The notes under the pieces: model-generated | What the model saw: the letters and a program-made list of their open reading frames with translations, nothing else | What the model was told of the DNA's origin: nothing | Database searches by the model: none | Shown: positions 41,817 through 51,785 of the stretch, piece after piece | Position numbering within the stretch: the first letter of the stretch is position 1 | Layout of the letters: each line of letters opens with the position of its first letter | Assembly: GCF_018373335.1 (NCBI RefSeq) | Contig: NZ_JAHAHH010000001.1 | Coordinates: 1 to 61,462, forward strand | Length of the DNA: 61,462 nucleotides | Source of the DNA: Negativicoccus succinicivorans | Lineage (GTDB): Bacteria > Bacillota > Negativicutes > Veillonellales > Negativicoccaceae | Direction of reading: 5' to 3' | Made by a program: the position numbers and the translations under genes

Positions 41817-42212
41817 ATGGAAACGAAAAAAACGAACGAACCGACGGCAACCTATACGAGCGATAAAATTGAGGCGCTGTTCCAGAGCTTCAAGCACATG
41901 ATCTCGGTGGAAACCGTTGTTGGCGAAGCGGTACATATCGGAGACACCACGCTCGTGCCTTTTGTCGACGTGGCATTCGGTTTCGGTACCGGCGGCGCGG
42001 GAACGAAAGGCGACGGCGCGGGCGGCGGCGGCAAAATGACACCGACCGCGATTTTGGTCATCAAAGGCGACCGCGTGGAACTCTTTTCCGTGAAAGACGG
42101 CAACAAGAGTGGCGCATTTGAAAAATTGCTCAACATGGTGCCGGAAATTATTGACAAAATGCGCAAAGACAAATTTATTTACATTAAGGAAGACGAAGAA
42201 CTCCATCCTTGA
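41817..42212 (+). CDS. GerW/YtfJ family protein
   Basis: TVVGEA, VPFVDVAFGFGTGG, GAGGGGKMTP, MVPEII. Confidence 0.85.
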   Translation: METKKTNEPTATYTSDKIEALFQSFKHMISVETVVGEAVHIGDTTLVPFVDVAFGFGTGGAGTKGDGAGGGGKMTPTAILVIKGDRVELFSVKDGNKSGAFEKLLNMVPEIIDKMRKDKFIYIKEDEELHP

Positions 42213-42293
42213 GTTCTTACGCGCCCCTAATTTGCGCGCTGTATCTTGATACGCTACAATATACGCAAGGCATAATGCCAAAAGGAGGCACGA

Positions 42294-42704
42294 ATGAAAC
42301 AAAAAATGATAGCGCTCGCGCTCACCGGAGTGTTTGCATGCGGCACGATGCTGACCGCGGCGGCGGCCGGTATCGGCTACGTGAATCAGCAAGCTCTGAT
42401 GCAGGCGCATCCGCGCATGATGAAAGCGCAGTTGACGCTGAAAGCGGAAACGCAAAGACAGCAGCAGAAGTTTGACAAAGAAGTCGTCAAACTGAAAGAC
42501 GATAACGCGAAACGCGATCTCTACATGAAATTGCAGAGAGAATTGTCGCAAAAAGAACAGGAACTGATAGGACCGATCATGCGGGATGTCCAAAAAGCGA
42601 TTGAGAAAACCCGTCAGGAAAAAGGCTTGGACGCCATTTTGGATCGTGACGCGGTAGTGGCCGGCGGCCAAGACGTGACCGTGGACGTGCAGAAAAAATT
42701 TTAA
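42294..42704 (+). CDS. OmpH/Skp outer-membrane chaperone
   Basis: Signal peptide, IGYVN, coiled coil, GLDAILD...GGQDVT. Confidence 0.88.
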   Translation: MKQKMIALALTGVFACGTMLTAAAAGIGYVNQQALMQAHPRMMKAQLTLKAETQRQQQKFDKEVVKLKDDNAKRDLYMKLQRELSQKEQELIGPIMRDVQKAIEKTRQEKGLDAILDRDAVVAGGQDVTVDVQKKF

Positions 42705-42956
42705 GTCGTAATATAAAAAACACCTCACATGAGGTGTTTTTTTGTGTCGCGAATGACTTGCGGCAGGCAGTAACCTTTTCGCGGGAACATTACTTTCGAT
42801 AGATGGCGGAAAAAATTAACGCGCGTGCAGCGCGACGGATACATAAAATTTTCCTAAGCGAGCGGGCGTCATTGTTTGCGCGCGCGACTCGGCGGAAATT
42901 GGGAGCCATCATAAGACCGCGACAAAAATTGCGCACGTACGGATTTCGCATCCGAC

Positions 42957-43088
42957 TTTACATAAAAATGATCTGTGCTATACTGAACAACGGAGATAGT
43001 ATTCGCTTGAAACTATACTCTTTTTGACCCGTAGTTCATGCCCTTCGTAAGTAGTCATGGGCGCTTTTCGAGCGCGCATGATTTTTTT
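42957..43088 (+). promoter_or_regulatory. pan operon promoter and structured leader with terminator
   Basis: TTTACA-16 nt-TATACT with TGn extension; bulged hairpin GAGATAGT/ACTATACTC; terminator-like AGTCATG...CATGATTTTTTT before panD. Confidence 0.55.
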
Positions 43089-43106
43089 ATTGCAAGGGGG
43101 GAACCA

Positions 43107-43499
43107 ATGACGATTTCCATGTTACAGGGAAAAATCCACCGGGCCACCGTAACCCAGGCGGAATTGGATTATGTAGGAAGCATTACGGTAGACAGCGCAT
43201 TATTAGAAGCCGCCGGTATTCAAGAATACCAGGAAGTGCAGATCGTGGACGTGAATAACGGTCAACGTTTCGGCACGTATACCATTGCCGGTGAAGCCGG
43301 CAGCGGCGTGATTTGCTTAAACGGCGCAGCCGCCCGCTGCGTCAGTGTCGGAGATAAAGTCATTATCATGGCGTACGCCGATCTCACACCCGAAGAGGCG
43401 TCACAGCACCGACCGACCGTCGTATTTGTAGAGGAAGACAACCGTATTCATCGCGTAACCGATTATGAACAGCACGGCAGGTTAAGCGACCAGGCATAG
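43107..43499 (+). CDS. panD: Aspartate 1-decarboxylase
   Basis: [14 protein letters not shown] cleavage site, CLNGAAAR. Confidence 0.96.
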   Translation: MTISMLQGKIHRATVTQAELDYVGSITVDSALLEAAGIQEYQEVQIVDVNNGQRFGTYTIAGEAGSGVICLNGAAARCVSVGDKVIIMAYADLTPEEASQHRPTVVFVEEDNRIHRVTDYEQHGRLSDQA

Positions 43500-43553
43500 G
43501 ACTGCGGGGTCAAAAGAGGCTATCTTCCAATCTACTGAAAAGGACGGATATCC

Positions 43554-44405
43554 ATGCAAATTTGTACTACCGTTGCCGAGGTGCGCGCCTTAGTCGACGC
43601 CTGGCACAAAGAGGGAAAAACCGTCGGTCTCGTGCCGACGATGGGCTTTCTGCATGAAGGCCATGAAAGTTTGATTCAAAAAGCGGTCGCGGAAAACGAT
43701 TGCGTAGTCGTTTCCGATTTTGTCAATCCGACGCAGTTCGGACCGCAGGAAGATTTGGAAGCGTATCCGCGCGACTTCGCGCAGGATAAAGCGCGTTGCG
43801 AAAAAATCGGCGCCGCGGCGATTTTTCATCCGACGCCGGAAGAGATGTACCACGATCCGGCGACATACGTCAATATCGAGCGATTGTCGTCGACATTGTG
43901 CGGCCAGTCGCGCCCGATTCATTTTCGCGGCGTGTGCACGGTCGTCAGTAAATTATTTAATATTGTCCGGCCGGAGCGGGCGTACTTTGGTGAGAAAGAC
44001 GCCCAGCAATTAGCGATTATTCGCAAGATGGTCACGGATTTGAATTTTCCGGTGACGATTGTCGGTTGCCCGATCGTGCGTGAAGCGGACGGTTTGGCGA
44101 AATCGTCCCGCAACACGTATTTGAGCGCGGCGGAACGTCGCGCCGCGTTGTGTCTGTCGCAAGCGGTGAAAAAAGGACAGCAAACGATCGCGCCGAAGAT
44201 GACGGCCGCCGATGTGTTGCGGCCGATGCGCGAGATTTTGGAAAACGAACCGCTCGCCCGTGTGGATTATTTGGAAATGGTGGACGCGCAAACCATGCAG
44301 CCCGCAGATCGCGTTGACAGGGCTGTTTTGGTCGCGATGGCCGTGTATATCGGCAAAACGCGTCTCATTGATAATTTCTCGTTCGATCCGGCAGGTGCGC
44401 GATGA
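43554..44405 (+). CDS. panC: Pantoate--beta-alanine ligase
   Basis: VPTMGFLHEGH, FVNPTQF, FGEKDAQQ, SSRN, RLIDN. Confidence 0.96.
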   Translation: MQICTTVAEVRALVDAWHKEGKTVGLVPTMGFLHEGHESLIQKAVAENDCVVVSDFVNPTQFGPQEDLEAYPRDFAQDKARCEKIGAAAIFHPTPEEMYHDPATYVNIERLSSTLCGQSRPIHFRGVCTVVSKLFNIVRPERAYFGEKDAQQLAIIRKMVTDLNFPVTIVGCPIVREADGLAKSSRNTYLSAAERRAALCLSQAVKKGQQTIAPKMTAADVLRPMREILENEPLARVDYLEMVDAQTMQPADRVDRAVLVAMAVYIGKTRLIDNFSFDPAGAR

Positions 44406-45379
44406 AAACTATCGTGAAGATCACCGGCGCGCTCACGCGTTATATCGGCGCCGTCATCATCATTTTCACGGCGTGGGCATTTTTACAACCGGAATTATTC
44501 GGTTGGGCGGTGCAGTATACCGCTTGGTTTTTAGGCGCGGCGATGTTCGGCATGGGACTTTCCATTCACGCCGAAGATTTCGCCGTCGTGTTCGCCCGCC
44601 CGCGGGAAGTGCTTTTGGGCGTGGCGTTGCAGTACACGGTGATGCCGGTCGCCGCGTGGGCGTTGGCGGCCGGTTTGGGATTGCCGACGGACTTGGCGCT
44701 CGGCGTCATTTTAGTCGGTTGCTGCCCGGGCGGCACGGCGAGTAACGTTATCACGTACATCGCCGGCGGCGACGTCGCGCTTTCGGTCGGCATGACGATT
44801 GTCTCGACGCTCTTGGCGCCGCTGGCCACGCCGCTCTTAGTGTTCGGTCTCGCCGGCGCGTGGGTCAATGTTTCGCTTTGGGCGATGATTACTTCCGTCG
44901 TCAAAGTGGTCTTGATTCCGGTCTTGCTCGGTCTTTTATTGCACACGCTGTTCCGTTCCAAAATCAAACCGGTACAGGATGTTTTCCCGTTGGTTTCGGT
45001 CGCGGCGATCGTTTTCATCATCGCCGGTATCGTGGCGGTGAACCGCGAAAAAGTGTTGACGAGCGGTCTGATTGTGATCGGTTTAGTGGCGATTCACAAC
45101 ATGGTCGGTCTCGGCCTCGGCTACTTGGCCGCGCGGCAGGCGAAAGCGTCGTACGCCAAAACAACGGCGATCGCGATCGAAGTCGGCATGCAAAACAGCG
45201 GTCTTGCGATTGCGCTCGCGACGGCGAACTTCGCGGCCAACCCGTTGGCGACTTTGCCCGGCGCGATCTTCAGCGTTTGGCACAATATTTCCGGCTCGCT
45301 CTTTGCCAGCTATCGTCGTCGGGAAGAACCGGATACAGCAAAGGATTCGGTTGAACAGTTGCCCTGGGAAACAGAGTAA
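44402..45379 (+). CDS. BASS-family symporter, probable ketopantoate/pantoate transporter (PanS-like)
   Basis: GCCPGGTASNV, IEVGMQNSGL, FSVWHN; coupled to panC. Confidence 0.85.
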   Translation: MKTIVKITGALTRYIGAVIIIFTAWAFLQPELFGWAVQYTAWFLGAAMFGMGLSIHAEDFAVVFARPREVLLGVALQYTVMPVAAWALAAGLGLPTDLALGVILVGCCPGGTASNVITYIAGGDVALSVGMTIVSTLLAPLATPLLVFGLAGAWVNVSLWAMITSVVKVVLIPVLLGLLLHTLFRSKIKPVQDVFPLVSVAAIVFIIAGIVAVNREKVLTSGLIVIGLVAIHNMVGLGLGYLAARQAKASYAKTTAIAIEVGMQNSGLAIALATANFAANPLATLPGAIFSVWHNISGSLFASYRRREEPDTAKDSVEQLPWETE

Positions 45380-45428
45380 GCATATAAAAAAAGACTCTCC
45401 GCGGAGAGTCTTTTTTGTTGCGTCAAAT

Positions 45429-45815
45429 TCAGATAAACATCGGATACACGAAAATTTGAATCAGGCGCGCGATACCGACGTAGATTGCGAACGCGGCGGC
45501 AATGTGCAGCACATGAAATTTTTTATTTTGCGGCTGCGGTCGATCCGGCAACCAAATCAGAAAAATCGCGTACGCGAGCGACAGAATCGGCACGAGCATG
45601 ATGTATACGTATTCCGCCGGCCGACCGACGCGACTGAGACGCATGCCGACGGCGAAGAACAGCAACGCCACGCCGATGTTGCCGATGAGATTTATGGGGA
45701 AGGATGTGGGGATAAGATCCATGAGCGTCATCGCGCCGAGCACGACGCTCACGACGAGAGCTCCGACATACGTCGTGCGGCCGAAGCCGTTTTGAGAATC
45801 CGATTGGGTAGCCAT
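45429..45815 (-). CDS. Hypothetical 4-TM membrane protein
   Basis: Four hydrophobic segments; AAGAGG RBS. Confidence 0.6.
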   Translation of the reverse strand: MATQSDSQNGFGRTTYVGALVVSVVLGAMTLMDLIPTSFPINLIGNIGVALLFFAVGMRLSRVGRPAEYVYIMLVPILSLAYAIFLIWLPDRPQPQNKKFHVLHIAAAFAIYVGIARLIQIFVYPMFI

Positions 45816-45835
45816 ATATACCTCTTTTCAAAATA

Positions 45836-46993
45836 TCAGCGAGCGTCTTCGCCCACTTTGGTAAAATGCAACGCATGGTAGCCGCACAGCGCGAGCAACA
45901 AGCACGCGCCGATAAAATACAACAGCAGCGGCGGCCAGCTTCCGTACATGCCGTACAACGCGCCCACGCCGACCGGTCCGATCGCCGCCAAAAGATACGC
46001 AATCGCCTGACCGACGCCGGAAAGGCGTGACGCGATCAGAGGATTCGCGGCGCGCACCGCGAAGGCGAGCATGCACAGACTGAACGTGGCGCCGGCGGCC
46101 AGCGCGATCCAAATGATCGCCGACGTCAACCACAGTGACGTTTGCGCAGCAAATACGAAATAAAAACCCGTAAGATACATCAGACCCGCCGCCGCGCCGT
46201 AGTGACGACGATAGCGCCCCTGCGCCAAAAGCGGCGTCAAAAGGGAAGCGGGCAAACTGATCAGCTGAAACAGAAACGAATAGTAACCGCCGAGCGCCAT
46301 ATCATACCCTTTCGCGACGACCCAATACGGTAACCACGTGACCAGCGAAAAATAGACCAGCGATTGCAAACCCATAAACAACGCGACCCACCACGCTGCA
46401 TAGTGGGAAAAGACCGCGCGAATGGAAAGCTCTTTGTGCGCGCGCGCCGTCGGTCGCCGGTTCGGTAACGAAAACCACAGTCCCGCGCCCACCACCGCCG
46501 TCGCCGCCCAGGAGGCGCACACGAGTTGCCAGCCGTAATGCGCGGCGAGCGGAATCACAATCGCATTGCTGACGGCATTCATACCGTTCATCGCGACGAC
46601 AAAAATACCGGTCGCCAGCGCCGTATGTTTGGGATACCAAGCTTTGGTGAGCGTCGGTAAAAGCACATTGCCGATCGCGACGCCCGCCGAAAGCAGCACG
46701 GTTCCGGCAAAGAGACCGGTGATGCCCGCGTACGAACGCAGGACGACGCCTAGCGCCAACAACACCATCGCGCCGCCGAACAGTCGCGTCATGCCGCAGC
46801 GGGGGATCCAGTTGCCGACAAAAGGCGATACCGCCGCAAATACCAGCAGCGGCAGTGTCGTCAGCATCCCGATCGTCGCGTGCGACAGACCGAAGTGCGC
46901 CTGCAACACCGGCAACAACGGCGTCAGCATCAAAAACGAAGCGCGTAAATGCAGCGTGCTCCAACCCAATACCACGCCATGTTGTAAATTCAT
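45836..46993 (-). CDS. CynX/NimT family MFS transporter
   Basis: LTTLPLLVFA, GNVLLP, FMGLQS, LSGVGQAIAYLLAAIGP; start placed at MNLQHG. Confidence 0.85.
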   Translation of the reverse strand: MNLQHGVVLGWSTLHLRASFLMLTPLLPVLQAHFGLSHATIGMLTTLPLLVFAAVSPFVGNWIPRCGMTRLFGGAMVLLALGVVLRSYAGITGLFAGTVLLSAGVAIGNVLLPTLTKAWYPKHTALATGIFVVAMNGMNAVSNAIVIPLAAHYGWQLVCASWAATAVVGAGLWFSLPNRRPTARAHKELSIRAVFSHYAAWWVALFMGLQSLVYFSLVTWLPYWVVAKGYDMALGGYYSFLFQLISLPASLLTPLLAQGRYRRHYGAAAGLMYLTGFYFVFAAQTSLWLTSAIIWIALAAGATFSLCMLAFAVRAANPLIASRLSGVGQAIAYLLAAIGPVGVGALYGMYGSWPPLLLYFIGACLLLALCGYHALHFTKVGEDAR

Positions 46994-47218
46994 TTTACAC
47001 CCCTTAATCGATACCTCTATCGTATAAAAGCGCGGGCATTCTGTCAAACATAGTGGAAGTCTCGCGACACAAGAATAAAAATTTGAATTTACGTGGAATT
47101 TTTGCGAAATTTTCACATAGTTAAAAAATAGAAATAAATGCGTTTAATAAAAATATTTTTTCCTCACAAATATGCTATAATTAACATATATTCAATTTTT
47201 AGCGAGAAAGGGGTTTAT

Positions 47219-49669
47219 ATGGCAACAGAATGGCAACACGGCGCCATCGTACCCGTGGATATTGAAGAACAAATGCGCACCAGCTACATCGATTACGCGA
47301 TGAGCGTTATCGTGATGCGCGCGTTGCCGGATGTCCGTGACGGCTTGAAGCCGGTGCACCGGCGCATTCTTTACGCGATGCATGAAGGCGGCCTCACCGC
47401 CAACAAGCCGTATCGTAAATCCGCGCGTGTCGTCGGTGACGTCTTAGGTAAATACCACCCGCACGGCGACTTGTCCGTTTACGATGCGACCGTGCGTTTG
47501 GCGCAGGATTTCTCGACGCGATATCCGCTGGTTGACGGCCACGGCAACTTCGGTTCCGTCGACGGCGACTCGCCGGCGGCGATGCGTTATACGGAAGTCC
47601 GCATGGCCAAAATCGCGCAGGAAATGCTCGAAGATTTGGAAAAAAACACCGTCGATTTCATGCCGAACTACGACGAATCCTTGCAGGAACCGGTCGTTTT
47701 ACCGTCGAAGATTCCGAACCTTTTGGTCAACGGCTCGTACGGTATCGCCGTCGGCATGGCGACGAACATTCCGCCGCACAACTTAGGAGAAGTGGTTGAC
47801 GGTCTCTGCCTTTTGATCGACGATCCGAATACGCCGATCGAAACCTTGATGAAACACATCAAGGGACCGGACTTTCCGACCGGCGGTCTGATTCAGGGCC
47901 GTGAAGGCATCAAGAAAGCGTATACCACCGGCCGCGGCGCGATTAAAGTTCGCGCGCGCGTTGAAATCGAGGAGATGGCGAAAGGAAAAAACCGCATCGT
48001 CGTCACCGAAATTCCGTACCAGGTCAATAAGGCGCGCGTCGTCGAAACGATCGCGAAACTCTCGCGCGACAAGATCTTGGACGGCATCACCGCTTTGCGC
48101 GATGAATCCGACCGCAACGGCATGCGCATCGTCATTGAACTGCGCAGCGACATCGACCCGCAGATCATGCTGAACAACCTGTACAAGCATACGCAGCTGC
48201 AGGAAACATTCGGCGTGATTATGCTCGCTCTGGTCGACGGTCACCCGCGCGTCTTGACTTTGAAACAAATGCTCGAGTACTATCTCCTGCATCAAAAAGA
48301 AGTCATCACCCGTCGCAGTCAGTACGAACTCGACCGAGCCCGCGCTCGCGAGCACATCGTCGAAGGCTTGTTGATCGCGCTCGATCATATCGACGCCATC
48401 ATCAAAACGATCCGCGCGTCCGAAACCGATGAGATCGCGAAAAACGCGTTGATGGAAAACTTCGGACTGTCCGAGAAACAATCGCTTGCGATTCTCGACA
48501 TGCGCTTGCGTCGTTTGACCGGACTCGAACGCGAAAAACTCGAAGCGGAATACCAGGACTTGAAAGAACGGATTGAATACCTGCTCGGCCTTTTGGGCGA
48601 CGAAGCCAAAGTCATGCAGGTCGTCAAAGAAGAACTGCTCGACGTCAAACAGCGCTTCACGGACGAACGTCGCAGTGAAATTGTCCGCGATGAATCCGGT
48701 TTGGACGATTTGGATCTGATCCCCGATGAACCGATGATCATCACGCTCACGCAGCAGGGATATATTAAACGCATGCATGCGAATACTTACCGCACGCAGC
48801 GCAAAGGCGGTGCCGGCATCACGGGCATCAAGACAAAAGATGACGACTTTGTCACCAAAGTGCTCACGACATCGACGCACAACACGCTGCTCTTCTTTAC
48901 CACCGCCGGTCGCGTCTACAAACTGGTCGCCAACGATATTCCGAAAGCGTCCACGCGTACCGCTCGCGGCACGCACCTTGTCAACTGCATCCCGGCGCTC
49001 GAAAAAGATGAACAGGTCACCGAAATTTACGACATCTCGTCGTTCGCGAATTACGAATACCTGCTCATGGTTACCCGCCAAGGTTTCGTCAAAAAGACGC
49101 TCCTTTCCGAATACACCAACGTGCGGCAGAGCGGCCTGATCGCCATCAACCTGCGCGAAGGCGACGAACTCATTAAAGTCGTCACCACCACCGGCGATGA
49201 TCACATCATCATCGGCACCAAGACCGGCATGGCCATTGTCTTCTCCGAAGCCGATGTCAATCCGACCGGCCGCGCTTCGCTCGGCGTCATCGGCGTCCGT
49301 TTCAAACAGGGCAGCCAGGATGAAGTCGTCGGCGCCGACGTCTTGACCTCGACTGATGAAGTCCTCACGCTCAGCAGCGACGCTTACGCCAAACGCAACA
49401 AAGCCACCGCGTACAGCGTACAGCAACGCGGCGGCCAAGGCGCGCGCAACTTCAAGAAAGGAAGCACCGTTGTCGGTCTTCTGACCGTCAAAGGCAACGA
49501 GGAAATGCTCGTCATCACCGAAAGCGGCATCGTCATCCGCGTTCCGGTCGACTCCATCAGTCTGAAAAAAGGCAAGAACACCATCGGCGTCAAAGTCCAA
49601 CGCTTGGACGAAACCGATCGCATTGCCTCCGTCGCTCTCGCTCCCATGGAAGAAGCGGAAGAAGACTGA
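47219..49669 (+). CDS. gyrA: DNA gyrase subunit A
   Basis: [26 protein letters not shown], GyrA-box QRKGGAG. Confidence 0.96.
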   Translation: MATEWQHGAIVPVDIEEQMRTSYIDYAMSVIVMRALPDVRDGLKPVHRRILYAMHEGGLTANKPYRKSARVVGDVLGKYHPHGDLSVYDATVRLAQDFSTRYPLVDGHGNFGSVDGDSPAAMRYTEVRMAKIAQEMLEDLEKNTVDFMPNYDESLQEPVVLPSKIPNLLVNGSYGIAVGMATNIPPHNLGEVVDGLCLLIDDPNTPIETLMKHIKGPDFPTGGLIQGREGIKKAYTTGRGAIKVRARVEIEEMAKGKNRIVVTEIPYQVNKARVVETIAKLSRDKILDGITALRDESDRNGMRIVIELRSDIDPQIMLNNLYKHTQLQETFGVIMLALVDGHPRVLTLKQMLEYYLLHQKEVITRRSQYELDRARAREHIVEGLLIALDHIDAIIKTIRASETDEIAKNALMENFGLSEKQSLAILDMRLRRLTGLEREKLEAEYQDLKERIEYLLGLLGDEAKVMQVVKEELLDVKQRFTDERRSEIVRDESGLDDLDLIPDEPMIITLTQQGYIKRMHANTYRTQRKGGAGITGIKTKDDDFVTKVLTTSTHNTLLFFTTAGRVYKLVANDIPKASTRTARGTHLVNCIPALEKDEQVTEIYDISSFANYEYLLMVTRQGFVKKTLLSEYTNVRQSGLIAINLREGDELIKVVTTTGDDHIIIGTKTGMAIVFSEADVNPTGRASLGVIGVRFKQGSQDEVVGADVLTSTDEVLTLSSDAYAKRNKATAYSVQQRGGQGARNFKKGSTVVGLLTVKGNEEMLVITESGIVIRVPVDSISLKKGKNTIGVKVQRLDETDRIASVALAPMEEAEED

Positions 49670-49686
49670 AAATAAATACGCAATAG

Positions 49687-49711
49687 AAAAAGCCCCCGCG
49701 GGGGCTTTTTT
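49687..49711 (+). terminator. Intrinsic terminator after gyrA
   Basis: AAAAAGCCCC-CGC-GGGGCTTTTTT. Confidence 0.85.
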
Positions 49712-49799
49712 GTTTTCATAAATTTTATTTCACAAAAAATTTCTCTGAAAATCCGACACGTCTCCGACATAGAAGCCGGCAATGCGCGATGATTTTGCA

Positions 49800-49885
49800 A
49801 GCAGCATTATAAAATGCTAAAATTACAGCATAATAAGATTTTATAATTTTATATTTTCGGCATTTTGTAATTTCAAAATTCCGAA
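49800..49885. repeat. Phased octamer array (4 inverted + 6 direct copies), operator- or centromere-like
   Basis: AGCAGCAT TATAAAAT GCTAAAAT TACAGCAT, 6-nt spacer, then ATTTTATA ATTTTATA TTTTCGGC ATTTTGTA ATTTCAAA ATTCCGAA. Confidence 0.6.
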
Positions 49886-50040
49886 ACGGTTGCTCAGTGA
49901 AAATACTTCAAAAACGCTTACTTCGCTCGTGTTACTTGGGAGAGCGAAACGGAATATGTTCCAAATGGAGCGCAGCGACAGAAATAACATACCCCGGGAC
50001 GAATAAAAAGTTTTGAAAAAAGTTGTTTAGGAGGACGATT

Positions 50041-50310
50041 ATGAAAAACAAAAATAAGGCGAACAAAAAAAATACGAGTGCGGTTATCGTCACGGAATCC
50101 GTGAAATCGGCGGAGTCTCAATCGGCTTCTTTGAAAAAAGAAGAAGTGCAAAACTTCACGGTTTTTTTGCCGAAAGAATTTCATCGTCGGCTGAAAATAT
50201 ATTCCATTGCCAACGATGAACAAATGGGTAATATTCTTTTGAACATCATTCGGCGCGGCGCGGAGGTCTATAAAAAAGACAACCCGGAATTTCCGGCGTG
50301 GGAACAATAG
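50041..50310 (+). CDS. Small ribbon-helix-helix-like DNA-binding protein (ParG/omega-like)
   Basis: AGGAGG RBS; flexible N-terminus then NFTVFLPKEFHRRLKIYS...MGNILLNII strand-helix-helix pattern. Confidence 0.6.
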   Translation: MKNKNKANKKNTSAVIVTESVKSAESQSASLKKEEVQNFTVFLPKEFHRRLKIYSIANDEQMGNILLNIIRRGAEVYKKDNPEFPAWEQ

Positions 50311-50430
50311 AAAGGTAAAAAGCATTTTCTCTTTGCCGCATTCATATTGGCAAGATACGTTTATCCGATCGGCCCATCAAAGAACGATGATAATATAGGT
50401 GCCATAGGGTTTTAGGGGTCGAAAAAGTGA

Positions 50431-51642
50431 GTGAAAATGAATAGAGAAATTGTACTTCATTCCGCATGGTCTGAAAATGAAGAAATCGGAGCATTATATA
50501 TAAACCGGGAAGCGGGGAAAGAAAACTATTCTTTTTCGTATTCAGAAAAATGGTTAGAACGCCATTCTTCACTTTTTCTGGATTCTGAAATTCAACCTTT
50601 CCCCGGTCGTCAATATCCTGAAAAATCTTTATTTGGATGTTTGACCGATATGCAACCGGATCGTTGGGGCAGGCAACTGATTATTCGCCGGGAACTCAAT
50701 TCAGCTTTACAAGAAAAGCGACCGGTACGACCTCTTATGGAATCCGATTTTTTACTTGAGGTATCGGACTTTAGCAGGCAGGGCGGTATTCGGCTTGCTT
50801 TTGACGGAGAATTTCTTTCCCGATCAGAGTCGGAAGCACCGCCGATGACAAGGTTAAAAGCGTTACAAGATGCCGGTTGCTCTTTTCAAAGTAAAGATGA
50901 AAAAACAGACTGGATGAAAGAATTGGTACAGGCGGGCTCATCTTTAGGCGGAGCAAGACCGAAAGCCAATGTTACAGATGAAAACGGTTGCTTATGGATC
51001 GCTAAATTTTCTTCACTCCATGATATTTTCCGAGTGGAAAATTGGGAAGCGTTAACTTGTGAATTGGCCGCTTTATGTAACTTAACTGTTCCGGAAATAA
51101 AAACTGAAAAAATGGCCGATAACTTGATTTTTCTTACCAAGCGTTTTGATCGGGGAAACGAAAATCGCAAACATTTTATTTCTGCAATGACGGCATTAGG
51201 GAAAGCAGATGGCGATTCCGCGAGTTTTTTAGAAATTGCCGATTGGATCCGCCGTCATCAAAAAGACCCTACCGAAGACTTACAGGAATTATGGCGAAGA
51301 ATCGCTTTTTCCGTTCTTGTTTCTAATACCGACTGCCATTTACGCAATCACGGTTTCCTTTTGGAAAAGGATCAATGGCGTTTGTCGCCGATGTATGATG
51401 TAAATCCCAATCCGTTGGGAACATATATGACGTTAGCGATAGACGATAAAAATACCATCAAAGATATCCATACGGTTCTTCAAACGGCGCCTTTTTACGA
51501 AATTTCCGATGCGAAAGCGGAAATAGAAAAAATGCAAGCGACAATTCACGATCATTTTCAAAGATTGGCGGATAAATATTCGATTCCGCGTCAAGAAGCG
51601 CTTGCGATGCAACCGGCCTTCGGTATTTTTCAGGTGAACTGA
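50431..51642 (+). CDS. HipA family Ser/Thr kinase toxin
   Basis: PDRWGR, GSSLGGARPKA, WIAKF, KRFDR, NTDCHLRNHGF, LSPMYDVNP. Confidence 0.9.
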   Translation: MKMNREIVLHSAWSENEEIGALYINREAGKENYSFSYSEKWLERHSSLFLDSEIQPFPGRQYPEKSLFGCLTDMQPDRWGRQLIIRRELNSALQEKRPVRPLMESDFLLEVSDFSRQGGIRLAFDGEFLSRSESEAPPMTRLKALQDAGCSFQSKDEKTDWMKELVQAGSSLGGARPKANVTDENGCLWIAKFSSLHDIFRVENWEALTCELAALCNLTVPEIKTEKMADNLIFLTKRFDRGNENRKHFISAMTALGKADGDSASFLEIADWIRRHQKDPTEDLQELWRRIAFSVLVSNTDCHLRNHGFLLEKDQWRLSPMYDVNPNPLGTYMTLAIDDKNTIKDIHTVLQTAPFYEISDAKAEIEKMQATIHDHFQRLADKYSIPRQEALAMQPAFGIFQVN

Positions 51643-51785
51643 TCCACTCGTTTTCGGACGGCGACGGTCGTACCGACAGAGACGTAATCGCGCATGCTTG
51701 CGTGCAAGAAGGCATCTCGCCGATTGTCATTGCAAAAGAGCAGAGAAACGAATATATTCTCGCCCTATTGGTTTCGAGCGATTAA
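51642..51785 (+). pseudogene. Fic-domain gene fragment
   Basis: Frame from 51642 reads IHSFSDGDGRTDRDVIAHACVQEGISPIVIAKEQRNEYILAL, a decayed HPFxDGNGRxxR motif with no start. Confidence 0.7.

Noticed and set aside
47783..49600. 605-aa ORF antisense to gyrA
   Set aside because: Shadow frame produced by strong codon bias in gyrA; no motifs or RBS.
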